Shown here piece by piece: positions 40,675-52,091 of a DNA stretch of 64,000 nucleotides (within the stretch, counting starts at the first letter, position 1; every line of letters begins with the position of its first letter). This DNA is from an uncultured Chloroflexia bacterium (GTDB lineage Bacteria; Chloroflexota; Limnocylindria; Limnocylindrales; CSP1-4). A program made the translations under genes and the position numbers. A model generated the notes under the pieces. It did not search any database, was not told the origin of the DNA, and was given only the letters and a program-made list of their open reading frames with translations. The stretch is from the NCBI GenBank assembly GCA_963831715.1, contig CAWHRB010000001.1, positions 640,306 to 704,305 of the forward strand. Direction: 5' to 3'.

Positions 40675-41592
40675 CTAGCGGGCGGCCTCCACGGGCTCTC
40701 GGTCGAGGTCGAGGTCGAGGTCCGGACCCTTCGGCACGAGGAGCGCCTCGTCCGGCAGCTCAGGCTCGAGACCGGCGGCCCGCAGGATCGGGCCATAGCC
40801 TTCGTCCTCGAGCCGGAGCGCCAGCTCGCGGCCACCGCTCTTGACGATGCGGCCCTGGGCGAGCACGTGGACGACGTCCGGCTTGATGTGGTTCAGCAAG
40901 CGCTGGTAGTGGGTGATGAGCAGCACGCCAAGGTTCGGGTTGAGCATCGCGTTGACGCCTTCCGCGACGATCCGCAACGCGTCGATGTCGAGACCGGAGT
41001 CGGTCTCGTCGAGGATCGCCATCTCGGGCTCGATGACGGCCATCTGGAGCATCTCGAGGCGCTTCTTCTCGCCGCCGGAGAAGCCCTCGTTGACGTAGCG
41101 GCTGGCGAAGCCCTCGTCCATCCGCAGGAGGGCCATCTTCTCGCGCATCTTCGTTCGGAAGTCGCGCATCGAGACGCCGCCCTTGACCGGATCGGTCGGG
41201 TCGATGTCGGCGTCCTTGTCGATGCCCTGCAGCTTGGCGTTCAGCGCGCTCCGGATGAAGGAGGCGACGCTGAGGCCGGGGACCGCGGTCGGGTACTGGA
41301 ACGCAAGGAACATGCCGAGCCGGGCGCGCTTGTCCGGGGACAGCTTGAGGATGTCGCGGCCCTTCCAGAGGACCTCGCCTGCGGTGACGACGTAGGCCGG
41401 GTGGCCCATCAGCGCATAGGCGAGCGTCGTCTTGCCCGAGCCGTTGGGGCCCATGATCGCGTGGACTTCGCCCTTGCCGACGGTCAGGTCGATCCCCTGG
41501 AGGATCTCCTGGTCGGGATGGCCGAGCGGCGCGACCCGCAGGCCGCGGATCACGAGTTGCTGGTCGGAGGCGGCGGTCGACTGGTCGGTCAC
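40675..41592 (-). CDS. sufC: Fe-S cluster assembly ATPase SufC (with about 45-aa acidic C-terminal extension)
   Basis: HAIMGPNGSGKTTL, FSGGEKKR, ILDETDSGLDIDAL, LLITHYQRLL; GTG start after AGGAGC, GTGA overlap with rrf2 stop. Confidence 0.85.
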   Translation of the reverse strand: MTDQSTAASDQQLVIRGLRVAPLGHPDQEILQGIDLTVGKGEVHAIMGPNGSGKTTLAYALMGHPAYVVTAGEVLWKGRDILKLSPDKRARLGMFLAFQYPTAVPGLSVASFIRSALNAKLQGIDKDADIDPTDPVKGGVSMRDFRTKMREKMALLRMDEGFASRYVNEGFSGGEKKRLEMLQMAVIEPEMAILDETDSGLDIDALRIVAEGVNAMLNPNLGVLLITHYQRLLNHIKPDVVHVLAQGRIVKSGGRELALRLEDEGYGPILRAAGLEPELPDEALLVPKGPDLDLDLDREPVEAAR

Positions 41593-42047
41593 GGGGTGAT
41601 CAGGGCTCCTTGGGGGTCGTCGAGAGGGGCGACTCGCGGCGGGGCGAGGTCGGCCAGGGTCATCGAATCGAGCGTCGAGGTGATCGCATCGCGGACACGC
41701 ACCCACAGGATGTTGACCGTGCAGCGCGACGAGCGGTCGCAGGTCGTGGCGTGCTCCGGGTCATCGGTCGCGCAGAACATCGGCGCGATCGGACCCTCCA
41801 GGGCGCGCAGGACCTCGCTCATCGGGATGAGGCCCGGCGCCCGCGTCAGCTCGTAGCCGCCATGGGCGCCGCTGGTGCTGACGACGAGCCCCGCTTCGCG
41901 CAGGTTGACGACGAGCTGCTCGAGGTAGGCGCGCGGCAGGTCTTCCTCTGCCGCGATCCCGGCCAGGCTGGCCGGCCCGGTGCCGTAGTGTCGGGCGAGC
42001 TGGACCATCAGCCGCACGCCGTATTCGCCCTTCGTCGAGAAGGACAC
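41589..42047 (-). CDS. Rrf2 family transcriptional regulator (IscR/SufR-like, Cys ligands present)
   Basis: Rrf2 HTH (…YGVRLMVQLAR…) and C…C…C cluster-binding motif. Confidence 0.8.
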   Translation of the reverse strand: MSFSTKGEYGVRLMVQLARHYGTGPASLAGIAAEEDLPRAYLEQLVVNLREAGLVVSTSGAHGGYELTRAPGLIPMSEVLRALEGPIAPMFCATDDPEHATTCDRSSRCTVNILWVRVRDAITSTLDSMTLADLAPPRVAPLDDPQGALITP

Positions 42048-42125
42048 AGCGCCGGAGCCGTGATAGGCCGGGCGCTGGGCGGGCTGAGGCTGGGAGCCGG
42101 CGGTGGCGGTCAGGGTGGAAGGACC

Positions 42126-42156
42126 TCGATATCCGAGTGATTTCGTCGGATATCGA
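42126..42156. promoter_or_regulatory. 11-bp inverted repeat TCGATATCCGA-N9-TCGGATATCGA upstream of rrf2 (candidate Rrf2 operator)
   Basis: Perfect palindrome seen; lies between yitJ-like 3' end and rrf2 start; no U-tract. Confidence 0.45.
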
Positions 42157-42158
42157 GT

Positions 42159-44144
42159 CTAGGGCGCCCGGGTCGGGGCGTCAACGCGGGTCGCGGCGGG
42201 CATGGCACGAATCCGCCGGACGAGCTCGGCGGCCTGCTCGTAGCGCCCGAACGACGGCATGACGTAAGTGCCGGCGACGCGGTCGCCGACGACCGCCAGC
42301 AGCTCCTCGGTGATGCGCAGCCCGACCTCCGCGCCGCGCTCACCGGCCTCTCGCAGCGCGTCGCGTGTCGCGTCCGGGATCGTGATGCCGGGCACCTCGT
42401 GGTGGAGGAACGCGGCGTGGCGGGACGACTGGAGCGGTAGGACGCCCAGCAGTACCGGGATGGGGAAGCCGGTCGGACCGAAGCGGCGACACGCCTCGCG
42501 GAACATGGCCTCGACTTGGGCCTCCGAGTAGAGCGGCTGGGTCATGATCAGGTGCGCACCCGCGGCGATCTTGCGTTCCAGGCGATCCCATTCCGTAGCC
42601 GCGTCAGCGGCCGTCGGGTCGAGAGCGCAAGCGATCGTGAACGTGGCCGAGTGACCGATCGGCGAGCCAGCCGCATCCTCACCACGGTTGAGGCGGGCCA
42701 GGATCTCGACCAGCCCGATCGAGTCGACGTCCCAGACGCCGGTCGCGCCGGGCAGATCGCCGATCCGCGGCGGGTCGCCGGTCAGTGCCAGGATGTCGCG
42801 GACGCCGAGCGCGTGGGCACCAAGCAGCTCCGACTCGAGCGCCATCAGGTTCCTGTCGCGGGTCGTGACGTGGACCACGCATTCGACGTCGAGGTCGTGC
42901 TGGATCCCGAACGCGACCGCCAGCGCCCCCATCCGCACCCGCGCCATCGCAGAGTCGCTGACGTTGACGATGTCGATGCCGGCGTCCTGCAGCATGCGCG
43001 CCGCCTCGATGGTTCGCTCGATGCGCACAGAGCGCGGCGGATCGATCTCGACCGAGATCACGTAACGGCCGTCGGCGAGGGCCCGGGCGAGCCGCGACGG
43101 CGGTGCGGTCGTGTCCATCGCCGCGGTGACCTCGGCGCGGAGGGTCGTGGTGGCGGCCGTTGCGGACGCTGGAGCGGGCGCCGGGCTGACCTCGTACGGG
43201 ACGGTTCCGACCCGGGCGTCGATCGCCACGCGCATCGCCGCGATGTGCTCCGGCGTCGTCCCGCAGCAACCGCCGACGATCGCCGCACCCGCGTCGAGCA
43301 TGTCGCGGACCATCCGACCGAGATACTCTGGACCGGCGGCGTAGATGAACTGTCCCTCGATCCGTTGCGGCAGGCCTGCGTTCGGGAGGATCCCGGTGGG
43401 GATCGCGCCGTCGTCATCGGCAATGGCCGCGAGCGCCTCGAGGCAGCCGACCGGCCCCGCGCCGCAGTTGACACCGATGACGTCGACATCGATCCGACGG
43501 GCCAGCGCCTTTGCCGCCGCGCCGGGACTCATCCCATCGGGCAGCGCCGCATCCTCGCCGAAGGTCAGCAGCGCCACGACCGGCAGGTCGGCGGCAGCCG
43601 CACGCGCTTCCTCGACCGCGATCGCGAGATGGTCGATATGACCGAACGTCTCGAACCAGAAGACATCGACGCCGCCCTCGAGCAGCCCCTCGATCGTCTC
43701 GCGGAACGCGGCGCGGACGACGTCCTCGGAGAGGTGCACGATCTCGCGCGTCGGTGGTCCGAGTGGCCCGATCGAGCCGGCCACGAGCACGTCGCGGCCG
43801 GCCACGTCACGGGCCTCTCGAGCGACCTGGGCACCACGCCTGGCCAGCTTGCCGGCACGCTCGGCGAGGCCATGGGGCGCGAGCCGTATCCGGTTCGCCC
43901 CGAACGTCGCCGTCTCGATGATGTCCGCGCCGACGTCGAGGTACTCGCGATGGATCGAGCCGATCAGATCGGGGCGGGTGGCGACCAGGTCGTCAAGCAC
44001 CGCCCGCTGCGGGATGCCTCGGCTGAACAGCAGCGTGCCCATGGCGCCGTCGGCCAGGAGAGGTCCGCTCGTCAGGCGCTCGCGGAAGCGGGCGCGGGCG
44101 TCGCCGACCGTCATGCCGACTCCCGCAGGTTCGGCGCGAGCCAT
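42159..44144 (-). CDS. Bifunctional homocysteine S-methyltransferase / 5,10-methylenetetrahydrofolate reductase (YitJ-like)
   Basis: N-terminal Hcy-binding domain (…[11 protein letters not shown]…) fused to MetF-like domain (…[11 protein letters not shown]…[20 protein letters not shown]…). Confidence 0.8.
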   Translation of the reverse strand: MARAEPAGVGMTVGDARARFRERLTSGPLLADGAMGTLLFSRGIPQRAVLDDLVATRPDLIGSIHREYLDVGADIIETATFGANRIRLAPHGLAERAGKLARRGAQVAREARDVAGRDVLVAGSIGPLGPPTREIVHLSEDVVRAAFRETIEGLLEGGVDVFWFETFGHIDHLAIAVEEARAAAADLPVVALLTFGEDAALPDGMSPGAAAKALARRIDVDVIGVNCGAGPVGCLEALAAIADDDGAIPTGILPNAGLPQRIEGQFIYAAGPEYLGRMVRDMLDAGAAIVGGCCGTTPEHIAAMRVAIDARVGTVPYEVSPAPAPASATAATTTLRAEVTAAMDTTAPPSRLARALADGRYVISVEIDPPRSVRIERTIEAARMLQDAGIDIVNVSDSAMARVRMGALAVAFGIQHDLDVECVVHVTTRDRNLMALESELLGAHALGVRDILALTGDPPRIGDLPGATGVWDVDSIGLVEILARLNRGEDAAGSPIGHSATFTIACALDPTAADAATEWDRLERKIAAGAHLIMTQPLYSEAQVEAMFREACRRFGPTGFPIPVLLGVLPLQSSRHAAFLHHEVPGITIPDATRDALREAGERGAEVGLRITEELLAVVGDRVAGTYVMPSFGRYEQAAELVRRIRAMPAATRVDAPTRAP

Positions 44145-47100
44145 CGTTCAGCCTCGGCGACGGGGATCCCCTTCCGCGCCGCGTAGTCCTCCAGCTGGTC
44201 GCGATCGATGCGGCCGACGCCGAAGTAGTGGCTGGCCGGGTTCCACAGGTAGTAGCCGGACACCGACGCTCCGGGCAGCATCGCGCACGACTCGGTCAGC
44301 TTCATCCCGGCGCGTGCGCTCCGCCTCGAGGAGCTCGAACAGCGTCCGCTTCTCGGTGTGGTCGGGGCAGGCCGGGTAACCCGGCGCGGGACGGATGCCC
44401 TGGTAGCGCTCGGCGATGAGCTCGGGATTGGACAGCTCCTCGTCCGGCGCGTAGCCCCACAGCTCGCGGCGGACGCGCTCGTGGAGCCGCTCGGCGACGC
44501 CTCGGCGAGGCGGTCGGCCAGTGCCTTCGCGAGGATCGCCGAGTAGTCGTCATGCGCGCGGTGAACTCGGCGACCAGTCCGTTCGAGCCGTCGAGACCGT
44601 GGCCCGCCGTGACCGCGAACGCGCCGATGTGGTCGGCCAGTCCGCTGTCGATCGGAGCGACGAAATCGGCCAGCGCGAGGTTCGGTCGAGCGTCGGTCTT
44701 GGCCATCTGCTGACGCAGCGTCCGGAACGTGGCCAGCCGCTCGTGGCGCTCGGTCGTCGCGCCACACGGCGATGTCGTCGACATCGGCGTTGGCCGGCCA
44801 GAACCCGACGACGCCGCTGCGCGCGCAGCCGCGTCTCCGAGACGATCCGGTCCAGCAGACGGCGCGCATCGTCGTACAGGTCGCGCGCCGCCGCGCCGAC
44901 CTTGGGATCGTCGAGGATCGCGGGGTACGCGCCGCGCAGCTCCCAGGTCGCGAAGAACGGCGTCCAGTCGATCCGCTCGACAAGCTCGGAAAGCGGATAG
45001 TCGTCGAACGACCGGACACCGAGGAACTCGGCGGCGGCGGCGTGACCGTCGACCAGTCCAGTCGGGACTCGGTTCGCCCGAGCCTCGGCGATCGTCAGGT
45101 ATCGCTCCTTCGCCTGGCGGCCGGCCCGATCGATGCGGATGGCCTCGTACTCGTCATGGACGCCGGAGGCGTAGGCCGACCGCCGGGTGCTGTCGACGAG
45201 CGAGCCCGCGACGCCGACCGCCCGTGACGCATCGAGCACGTGGACGACCGGCCCCGAGTACGCCGGCGCGATCTTCACGGCCGTGTGGGTGCGCGATGTG
45301 GTCGCCCCGCCGATCAGCAGCGGCGTCGTCATGCCGAGCCGCTCCATCTCGTGACGCGACGTGGACCATCTCGTCGAGCGACGGCGTGATCAGCCCGGAC
45401 AGTCCGATCAGGTCAGCGTCGTGCTCGGCGGCGGTCTCCAGGATCCGCGCAGCCGGCACCATCACGCCGAGGTCGATGACCTCGTAGTCGTTGCAGCCGA
45501 GCACGACCCCGACGATGTTCTTGCCGATGTCATGGACGTCGCCCTTGACCGTGGCGGTGACGATCGTGCCGGCCTTGCGGACGCCGGTCCCCTCACGCTC
45601 CGCCTCGAGGTAGGGCACGAGGTGCGCAACGGCCTTCTTCATGACCCGGGCACTCTTGACGACCTGGGGAAGGAACATCCGCCCGGAGCCGAACAGGTCG
45701 CCGACGACGTTCATCCCATCCATGAGCGGGCCTTCGATGACCTCCAGCGGACGGCTTGCCGCTTGGCGAGCCTCCTCAGTGTCCTCGACGACCCACGTGT
45801 CGATGCCCTCGACCAGGGCGTGGGTCAGCCGCTCACCGACTGGGCGTTCGCGCCAGGCGAGGTCCTCGGCCGGTCGGTCCATGCCGGCACTGCCTTCGTA
45901 CTGCCTCGCGATCTCAAGCAGGCGCTCCGTGGCGTCGGCGCGGCGGTTCAGCACGACGTCCTCGACGCGCTCGCGGAGGTCCGGCTCGATGTCGTCATAC
46001 ACCGGCAGCACACCGGCGTTGACGATGCGCCATGTCCAGCCCGGCCCGCTTGGCGTGGTACAGGAAGACCGAGTGGATCGCCTCGCGCACGCGGTCGTTC
46101 CCGCGGAACGCGAACGACACGTTCGACACGCCGCCCGAGGTGCGCGTCCCGGGCAGCTCGGCCTTCAGCCGCCGCACGGCCTCCATGAACGACACCGCGT
46201 AGGCGTTGTGCTCCTCGATGCCGGTCGCGATGGCGAAGATGTTGGCGTCGAGGATGATGTCCTCCGGCGCGAAGCCGACGACCTCGGTCAGCAGCTTGTA
46301 GGCACGCTGGAGGACGCTGACCCGGCGCTCGACCGAGTCCGCCTGGCCCTGCTCGTCGAACGCCATGACGACGACCGCTGCGCCGTAGCGCTTGCACAGG
46401 CGCGCCTGACGCAGGAACTCGGCTTCGCCTTCCTTGAGCGAGATCGAGTTGACGACGCCCTTGCCCTGGAGCTGCTGCAGCCCGGCCTCGATGACCGACC
46501 ACTTCGAGCTGTCGACCATGACCGGCACCGTCGCGATGTCGGGCTCGGCGGCCACGCGGCGCAGGAACCGGGTCATCGCCGCGACCCCGTCGAGCATCGC
46601 CTCGTCCATGTTCACGTCGATGAGCTGGGCGCCATTGGCGACCTGCTCGCGCGCGATCTCGATCGCCTCGTCCTCGCCGCCTTCGGTCATGAGCCTCGCG
46701 AACTTGCGCGAGCCGGTCACGTTCGTCCGCTCGCCGACGTTGACGAACGTGTCGCCGGGCGGCGGGATGACGACCGGCTCGAGGCCAGAGAGGCGGGTCT
46801 TCGCCGGTGGCCGAACGATGGGGCGCGGCGTGGCGCCGGCCACGGCGGCCGCGATCGCCTCGATATGCTCCGGGGTGGTCCCGCAGCACCCCCCGGCGAT
46901 GTTCGAGCAGCCCGTGGCTGGCCCACTCGCCCAGCGCGTCGGCCATCGCCTCCGGCGTCTCGTCGTAGCCACCGAGCTCGTTCGGCAGGCCGGCGTTCGG
47001 ATAGGCCGACACCGGGCGGTCGGCGACGCGTGCCAGCACGTCGAGGTGCTCGCGCAGCTGCTTGGGCCCGAGCGCGCAGTTGAGCCCGACGACCAGCGGG

Positions 47101-47894
47101 TCGGCATGGCGGATGCTGTGCCAGAAGGCCTCGACCGTCTGTCCGGACAGTGTCCGTCCGGAGGCGTCGACGATCGTCCCGGACACGATGACCGGCAGCC
47201 GCTCGCCGAGCTCGTCGAACAGGGTCTCGACGCCGAAGATCGCGGCCTTCGCGTTGAGCGTGTCGAAGATCGTCTCGATGAGCAAGATGTCGGCGCCGCC
47301 CTCGACCAGACCGGCGGCCGCGTCGTGGTACGCGTCCTGCAGCTCGACCCAGCCGACCGCCCGGGCCGCCGGGTCGCCCACGTCCGGGCTGATCGACGCG
47401 GTCCGATTGGTGGGGCCGAGGGCACCCGCGACGAACCGCGGCCGGCCAGGGTCGCGTGCTTCGGCGGCGTCGGCTGCAGCGCGCGCCAGTCGGGCGGCCG
47501 TGACGTTGAGGTCGCGGACGACCGCATCGTCGAGCCCATAGTCGGCCTGGGAGATCCGCGTGGAGGTGAAGGTGTTGGTCGAGATGATGTCCGCGCCGGC
47601 GTCCAGATAGGCCGAGTGCACGGCCCGGACCGCGTCGGGATGCGTCAGCGTCAGGAGATCGTTGTCACCGCGCAAGTCACGGGGATGCTCGCGGAAGCGG
47701 TTGCCCCGGTAGCCCGCCTCATCGAACCCGCACGCCTGGAGCATGGTGCCCATCGCTCCATCGAGGACGAGGATGCGCTCCGCGAGCAGACCGGCGAGCC
47801 GGGCGCGGCGGCTCGCCCGCGTGAATGCCGCGGCGGCGTTGGGCTCGGGCGTGCGCCGGTCGCTCAGCGGCGGCGACAAGGTGCGTTTCGACAC
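44111..47894 (-). pseudogene. metH: Cobalamin-dependent methionine synthase MetH, at least 6-8 frameshifts
   Basis: Hcy-, pterin-, B12-([10 protein letters not shown]) and AdoMet-domain segments, C-terminus …[12 protein letters not shown], spread over four or more frames. Confidence 0.75.
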
Positions 47895-47979
47895 GGGCAG
47901 CTCCGGCTTGCGCGGCGCAGCGGCGGGACACGGCCCGAGGACCCGGACGACCTGGTCGCTTCGTGGGAGCTCCGAAGGG

Positions 47980-48095
47980 AGTGTCCCTTATCTCGCAGGA
48001 GGACCTGCCCGGATTTGGCACCTTGCCGACCTCGCGTCGGTAGGTTGTCGTGGCATCGACGGGCCGGTCCCTCCGCCACTCTGGATAAGCACTTC
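47980..48095 (-). ncRNA. SAM-I (S-box) riboswitch in metH leader
   Basis: Minus-strand sequence CUUAUCCAGAGUGGCGGAGGGACCGGCCCGUCGAUGCC…CAACC…GGUGCCAAAUCCGGGCAGG…GAGAUAAG matches S-box conserved core. Confidence 0.8.
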
Positions 48096-48365
48096 TTCGG
48101 TTGTGGAGCGGATGATGCCCGTCCCGCGTGCGCTCCGCAAGGGGGAGAGGGTCAGCCCGCGGGGCGAGCCTTTCCTTTCGGCCCGGCTACGGATCGGACG
48201 TCGCGTGCGACAAGCGTCCTGCCGTCGGCGGCACGGACCTTGTCCGTGCCTTGGCGGCGTTGATCGCACTTGCGTCCAAGCCGGACGCCGACCGACCAGC
48301 AGCGGCCTTTCCGCCGCGGGTCGCCTTGATGGCCGTTCAGCTGATCGCGATACATGTCGTCGGCC

Positions 48366-49125
48366 TAGTTGAGGACGAACCAGGCGACGAAGGTCGCCGA
48401 GGTCACCGCTCGCGTTGAGGTAGATCGTGAACGAACCGGTCGTCGGGACGACCGCGCGGACATAGCGTCCGGACCGGTTCGAATGGAGGACCGCGAAGAC
48501 GCGGCTGTTGACTCGCACGCCGGCGAGGTTGACCTTCAGGCTCGACTTGCCGGTGCCGATCGTGCTCTTGCGCCGGACCGGCTGAAGATGGACCTTGCCG
48601 TCCACGTCGGAGGGCGATCGTCGGTCGTAGTGAGTCGCCGACCGCATACGACGCCGATGCCGCCGGACCGCCGACACCGGTACACGCCCGAGTGCCCCAA
48701 CGCCGCAGGACGCCGCCGAGGCCGCCGCTCCCTACCACGCCGATATCCGGGCTGATCACCCCAAACACCGGACCGAGGACAATCCGCCGGGGTCGATCTC
48801 CGACCAGCCGTAGACACCCGTGAACGATCGTGTCCTCGACGCTATCGGTCTCGTCGCCGGTCGTGCCGACCAGCGCGGCACGCATCGGCATTGACGGTGT
48901 GCCCGCGGAACGCGACCTGCGGATCATTGACAGGGTCGACCGACGTGATGGTGATGCTCGTCTCGGGTCGCTCCGGTGTATCTCGTGGCCGACCGTCACG
49001 GTATCGCCGTCGTCGGCGGCTGCGGTCAGGGGCAGGGCGGCGGAGGCGGCCATCGCTGCAGCGCCACCGGCGGCGGCGGCGAGCAGGGCACGGCGGGAGC
49101 GGGGCGCGTTCGAGTCGGACGCCAT
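48366..49125 (-). pseudogene. Tat-signal secreted protein of unknown function, fragmented over three or more frames
   Basis: MASDSNAPRSRRALLAAAAGGAAAMAASA signal; downstream beta-rich segments (…VRVNSRVFAVLHSNRSGRYVRAVVPTTGSFTIYLNASG…) in other frames. Confidence 0.3.
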
Positions 49126-49206
49126 CAGGGTCCCCTCCTTGATGATGGCGAGGATCGGGCCCCCGCCTGCGCGGCATTCTGCCATGCGGGAATGCGCCCG
49201 AACGTT

Positions 49207-49669
49207 ACAGATCGCGCCGACGGCGGGATCGGATAGTCCTAGCGCAGGCCCGCCAGATGCTCCTCGTCGTGTTCGACCGCGAGGCGGAGCAGCCCCTCAC
49301 CGTCGACCGTGCCGAACGTCGCGTGCCGGCCGGTCCGTGCCCAGCCCGCCTCGTCCAGAGCCTGATACCCGGCGACCGTCTCGCTGCGGAGCGACCGCGA
49401 ACCGTCGCAGCACGCCATCCAGGTCCAGGCCGGCTCGCCCGACCACGGGCCGGGTTCCTGCCACGTCCAGCTGCGGGGAATCCTGGGTCGTGAGATCGTG
49501 CAGCCGTGCCTGATGGACGTCGATCTCGACCGCGATCAGGTGGCGGGCGACCTGCTCGGGTGTCCATTCGCCGGCCGGGGTCGGGCGCTCGGCGGCGTCA
49601 CGCACGGCCGCACCGATACGCTCCGGGAAGGTCGCGAGTCGCTCCACGAGCGCGTCCCGGTCGGCCATC
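49207..49669 (-). pseudogene. DinB/DinB_2 superfamily protein, one frameshift near 49480
   Basis: MADRDALVERLATF…EWTPEQVARHLIAVEIDVHQ then …LAVEHDEEHLAGLR* in second frame; TGATG overlap with metF. Confidence 0.5.
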
Positions 49670-50549
49670 AGCTCGCACCCGCGAGCGACTCGAGCGTCGA
49701 CCGGCGCCAGGACTCGGTCGCCTCGACGGCGTTGAACGTATAGAGGTGGAAACCGGTGACGCGCGCGGTGGGATCGGCGAGCAGTGGGGCGACGCCCTCG
49801 ACGAAGGTGGTCGGCTTGTAGAAGCCGCCGCTCTTCGCGAGTCCAGTCACGAAGCGCAGGTTCTTGACGAGGAAGCGCTTGGCGTCCTTGACCCCGATCC
49901 GGGCCGCGATCGAGAGCAGCTTCTGCGGGTCGGCCACACCCGGCACGCCGACGACGATGTCCGGCACGAGGCCGTCCGCACGCTGCCGCTGGACCCATGT
50001 GGCGATCGCCTTGACGTCGAAGTCCATCTGGGTCGTGACGTGGTCGACATAGCGAGCCTTGTCGCGGAGCGCACGCTCCAGCGCCTCGTCCGGGATGTCG
50101 GGTGACCCTGCGGGTAGCCCGGGCAGCCGAGGGTCGTGAATGGATGGCCGAGCGTCTCGGCGAGTCGCCGGAGCAGCGACAGCCCGTCGAGGTATTCGCC
50201 GGGTTCGTTCTCGTCCCCACCGACCACGAACGCATGGGTCAGGCCGCCGTCCCGAGCCCGGTCGAGGAGGCCGGCCAGCGTCGCGCGGTCGCGGATCATC
50301 CGCGCCGACAGGTGCGGGATCGACGCGGAACCCGTCAGCCCTGGAGGCGCACGGCCCAGTCCAGCGTCGCGTCGATGCCCTTGGCGGGCGACGCGGTCAC
50401 CGACACACGCGCGCCGGCCGGCAGGTGCGCGATCTGGTCGGGCGATTCTTGAGCGGCAACAGCTCGAAGATCGGGTCCGCGAGCCGCGATGCCGAGCGCA
50501 TCGCGAGCCTCGGCGTCGAGGCCGCGCCGGCGACCGAGCAGCGTGGCCA
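49668..50549 (-). pseudogene. metF: 5,10-methylenetetrahydrofolate reductase MetF, two frameshifts
   Basis: Three in-order MetF segments in three frames; TGATG overlap with upstream MttB-family gene. Confidence 0.6.
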
Positions 50550-52091
50550 TCAGACCTCGGAGTCGGGCATCGACGCCTTGCGCCGGATCATGAACTCGAG
50601 CAGCTCCTCGTCGAGCGCCTGGTCGAGTGGCGGGGCCTCGTACTCGGCGAGCATCCGCTTCCAGATCGCGTTGGCGCGCTGCGCCGCGTCGAGCCCGCCA
50701 TCCTCGCTCCACTGCTCGAACGAGTTGTTGTCGGCCACCTCGGAGCGGTAGAACGCGGTCTCGAAGTTGGCGAGCGTGTGCGCCGTGCCGAGGAAATGCT
50801 GACCCGGCGGGTTCGCCCGGATGGCGTCGAGGGCCTGGCCGTTCTCGGACAGGTCGACGCCCTTCACGAAGACGGCCATCATCCCGCACTGGTCGGCGTC
50901 GAGGATGAACTTCTCGTACCCGACGGTCAGCCCGCCCTCGAGCCAGCCGGCCGCGTGGAGCACGAAGTTCACGCCGCCGAGCACCGTCGGCTGGAGGGTC
51001 GCGGCACTCTCGTAGGCGGCCTGCGCGTCGGGGATCTTGGAGGCGCACAACGAGCCGCCCGAGCGGAACGGCACGCCGAGCCGCCGGGCGAGCGACGCCA
51101 TCGTGTACAGCACCAGTGCCGGTTCCGGCGTCCCGAACGTCGGCGCTCCCGATTGCATCGACATCGAGCTCGCGAAGCTGCCGAGGACGACCGGCGCGCC
51201 CGGCCGGACGAGTTGCACGAAGGTCATCCCGGCGAGCGCCTCGGCGAGGGTCTGGGCGGCGACGCCCGCGGCGGTCACGGGTGCCATCGCCCCGGCCAGG
51301 ATGAACGGCGTCAGCAGCGTCGCCTGGTTGGCTTCGGCGTAGGCCCGCGCCGCCCCGAGCATCGTCGCGTCCCAGACCAGCGGCGAGTTCGCGTTGATCA
51401 GCGACAGGACGACCGCATGGTCGTCGAGGTAGTCGGCGCCGAACAGGATCCGCGCCATCTCGACGGTGTCGCGCGCCCGCTCGGGCGCCGTGACGGAGCC
51501 CATGAACGGCTTGTCCGAGAAGCGCATGTGCGAATAGACCATGTCGAGGTGGCGCTTGTTGACCGGGACGTCGACCGGCTCGCAGACCGTCCCGCCGCTG
51601 TGGTGGAGGTGCGGCGAGAGGTAGGTCAGCTTCACGAGGTTGCGGAAGTCCTCGATCGTGCCGTAGCGGCGGCCGCGGTCGAGGTCGCGCACGAACGGCG
51701 AGCCGTAGTTCGGCGCGAAGACCGTGTGCGGTCCGCCGATCTCGACGTTGTTCGCCTCGTTGCGGGCGTACTGGGTGAACTGGCGTGGGGCGGTCGCCTG
51801 GACGATCGTGCGGCACATGCCGCGCGGGAAGCGGACGAGCTCGCCGTCCACATCGGCACCCGCCTCGTGGAGCGATCGGACGGCCTCCGGATCGCCGCGG
51901 AACACGACGCCGACCTCCTCAAGGATGGTGTCCGCGTTGTGCTCGATGAGCGACAGGCCCTCCTCGTCGAGCACCTCGAACGGCGCCAGCGTCCGCGTCA
52001 GGAACGGCGTCCGTTCGAGCTGCGCGTGGAGACGCGCCGCCCGCCGTGCGTCGCGGCCACCACTGCGCCGCGTCGGCACCGGATCGCTCAT
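50550..52091 (-). CDS. MttB-superfamily (non-pyrrolysine) quaternary-amine:corrinoid methyltransferase (MtgB-like, glycine betaine type likely)
   Basis: 513-aa TIM-barrel MttB family sequence with no internal stop (no Pyl codon needed). Confidence 0.8.
   Translation of the reverse strand: MSDPVPTRRSGGRDARRAARLHAQLERTPFLTRTLAPFEVLDEEGLSLIEHNADTILEEVGVVFRGDPEAVRSLHEAGADVDGELVRFPRGMCRTIVQATAPRQFTQYARNEANNVEIGGPHTVFAPNYGSPFVRDLDRGRRYGTIEDFRNLVKLTYLSPHLHHSGGTVCEPVDVPVNKRHLDMVYSHMRFSDKPFMGSVTAPERARDTVEMARILFGADYLDDHAVVLSLINANSPLVWDATMLGAARAYAEANQATLLTPFILAGAMAPVTAAGVAAQTLAEALAGMTFVQLVRPGAPVVLGSFASSMSMQSGAPTFGTPEPALVLYTMASLARRLGVPFRSGGSLCASKIPDAQAAYESAATLQPTVLGGVNFVLHAAGWLEGGLTVGYEKFILDADQCGMMAVFVKGVDLSENGQALDAIRANPPGQHFLGTAHTLANFETAFYRSEVADNNSFEQWSEDGGLDAAQRANAIWKRMLAEYEAPPLDQALDEELLEFMIRRKASMPDSEV

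Noticed and set aside
42126-42156. Rho-independent terminator for the yitJ-like gene.
   Set aside because: There is no U-tract after the stem on the transcribed strand. Its position directly upstream of an Rrf2 regulator fits an operator better.
44111-47894. An intact multi-gene reading of the metH region as several separate small genes.
   Set aside because: The fragments are collinear segments of one MetH (Hcy, pterin, B12, AdoMet domains in order). They are separated only by frame changes.
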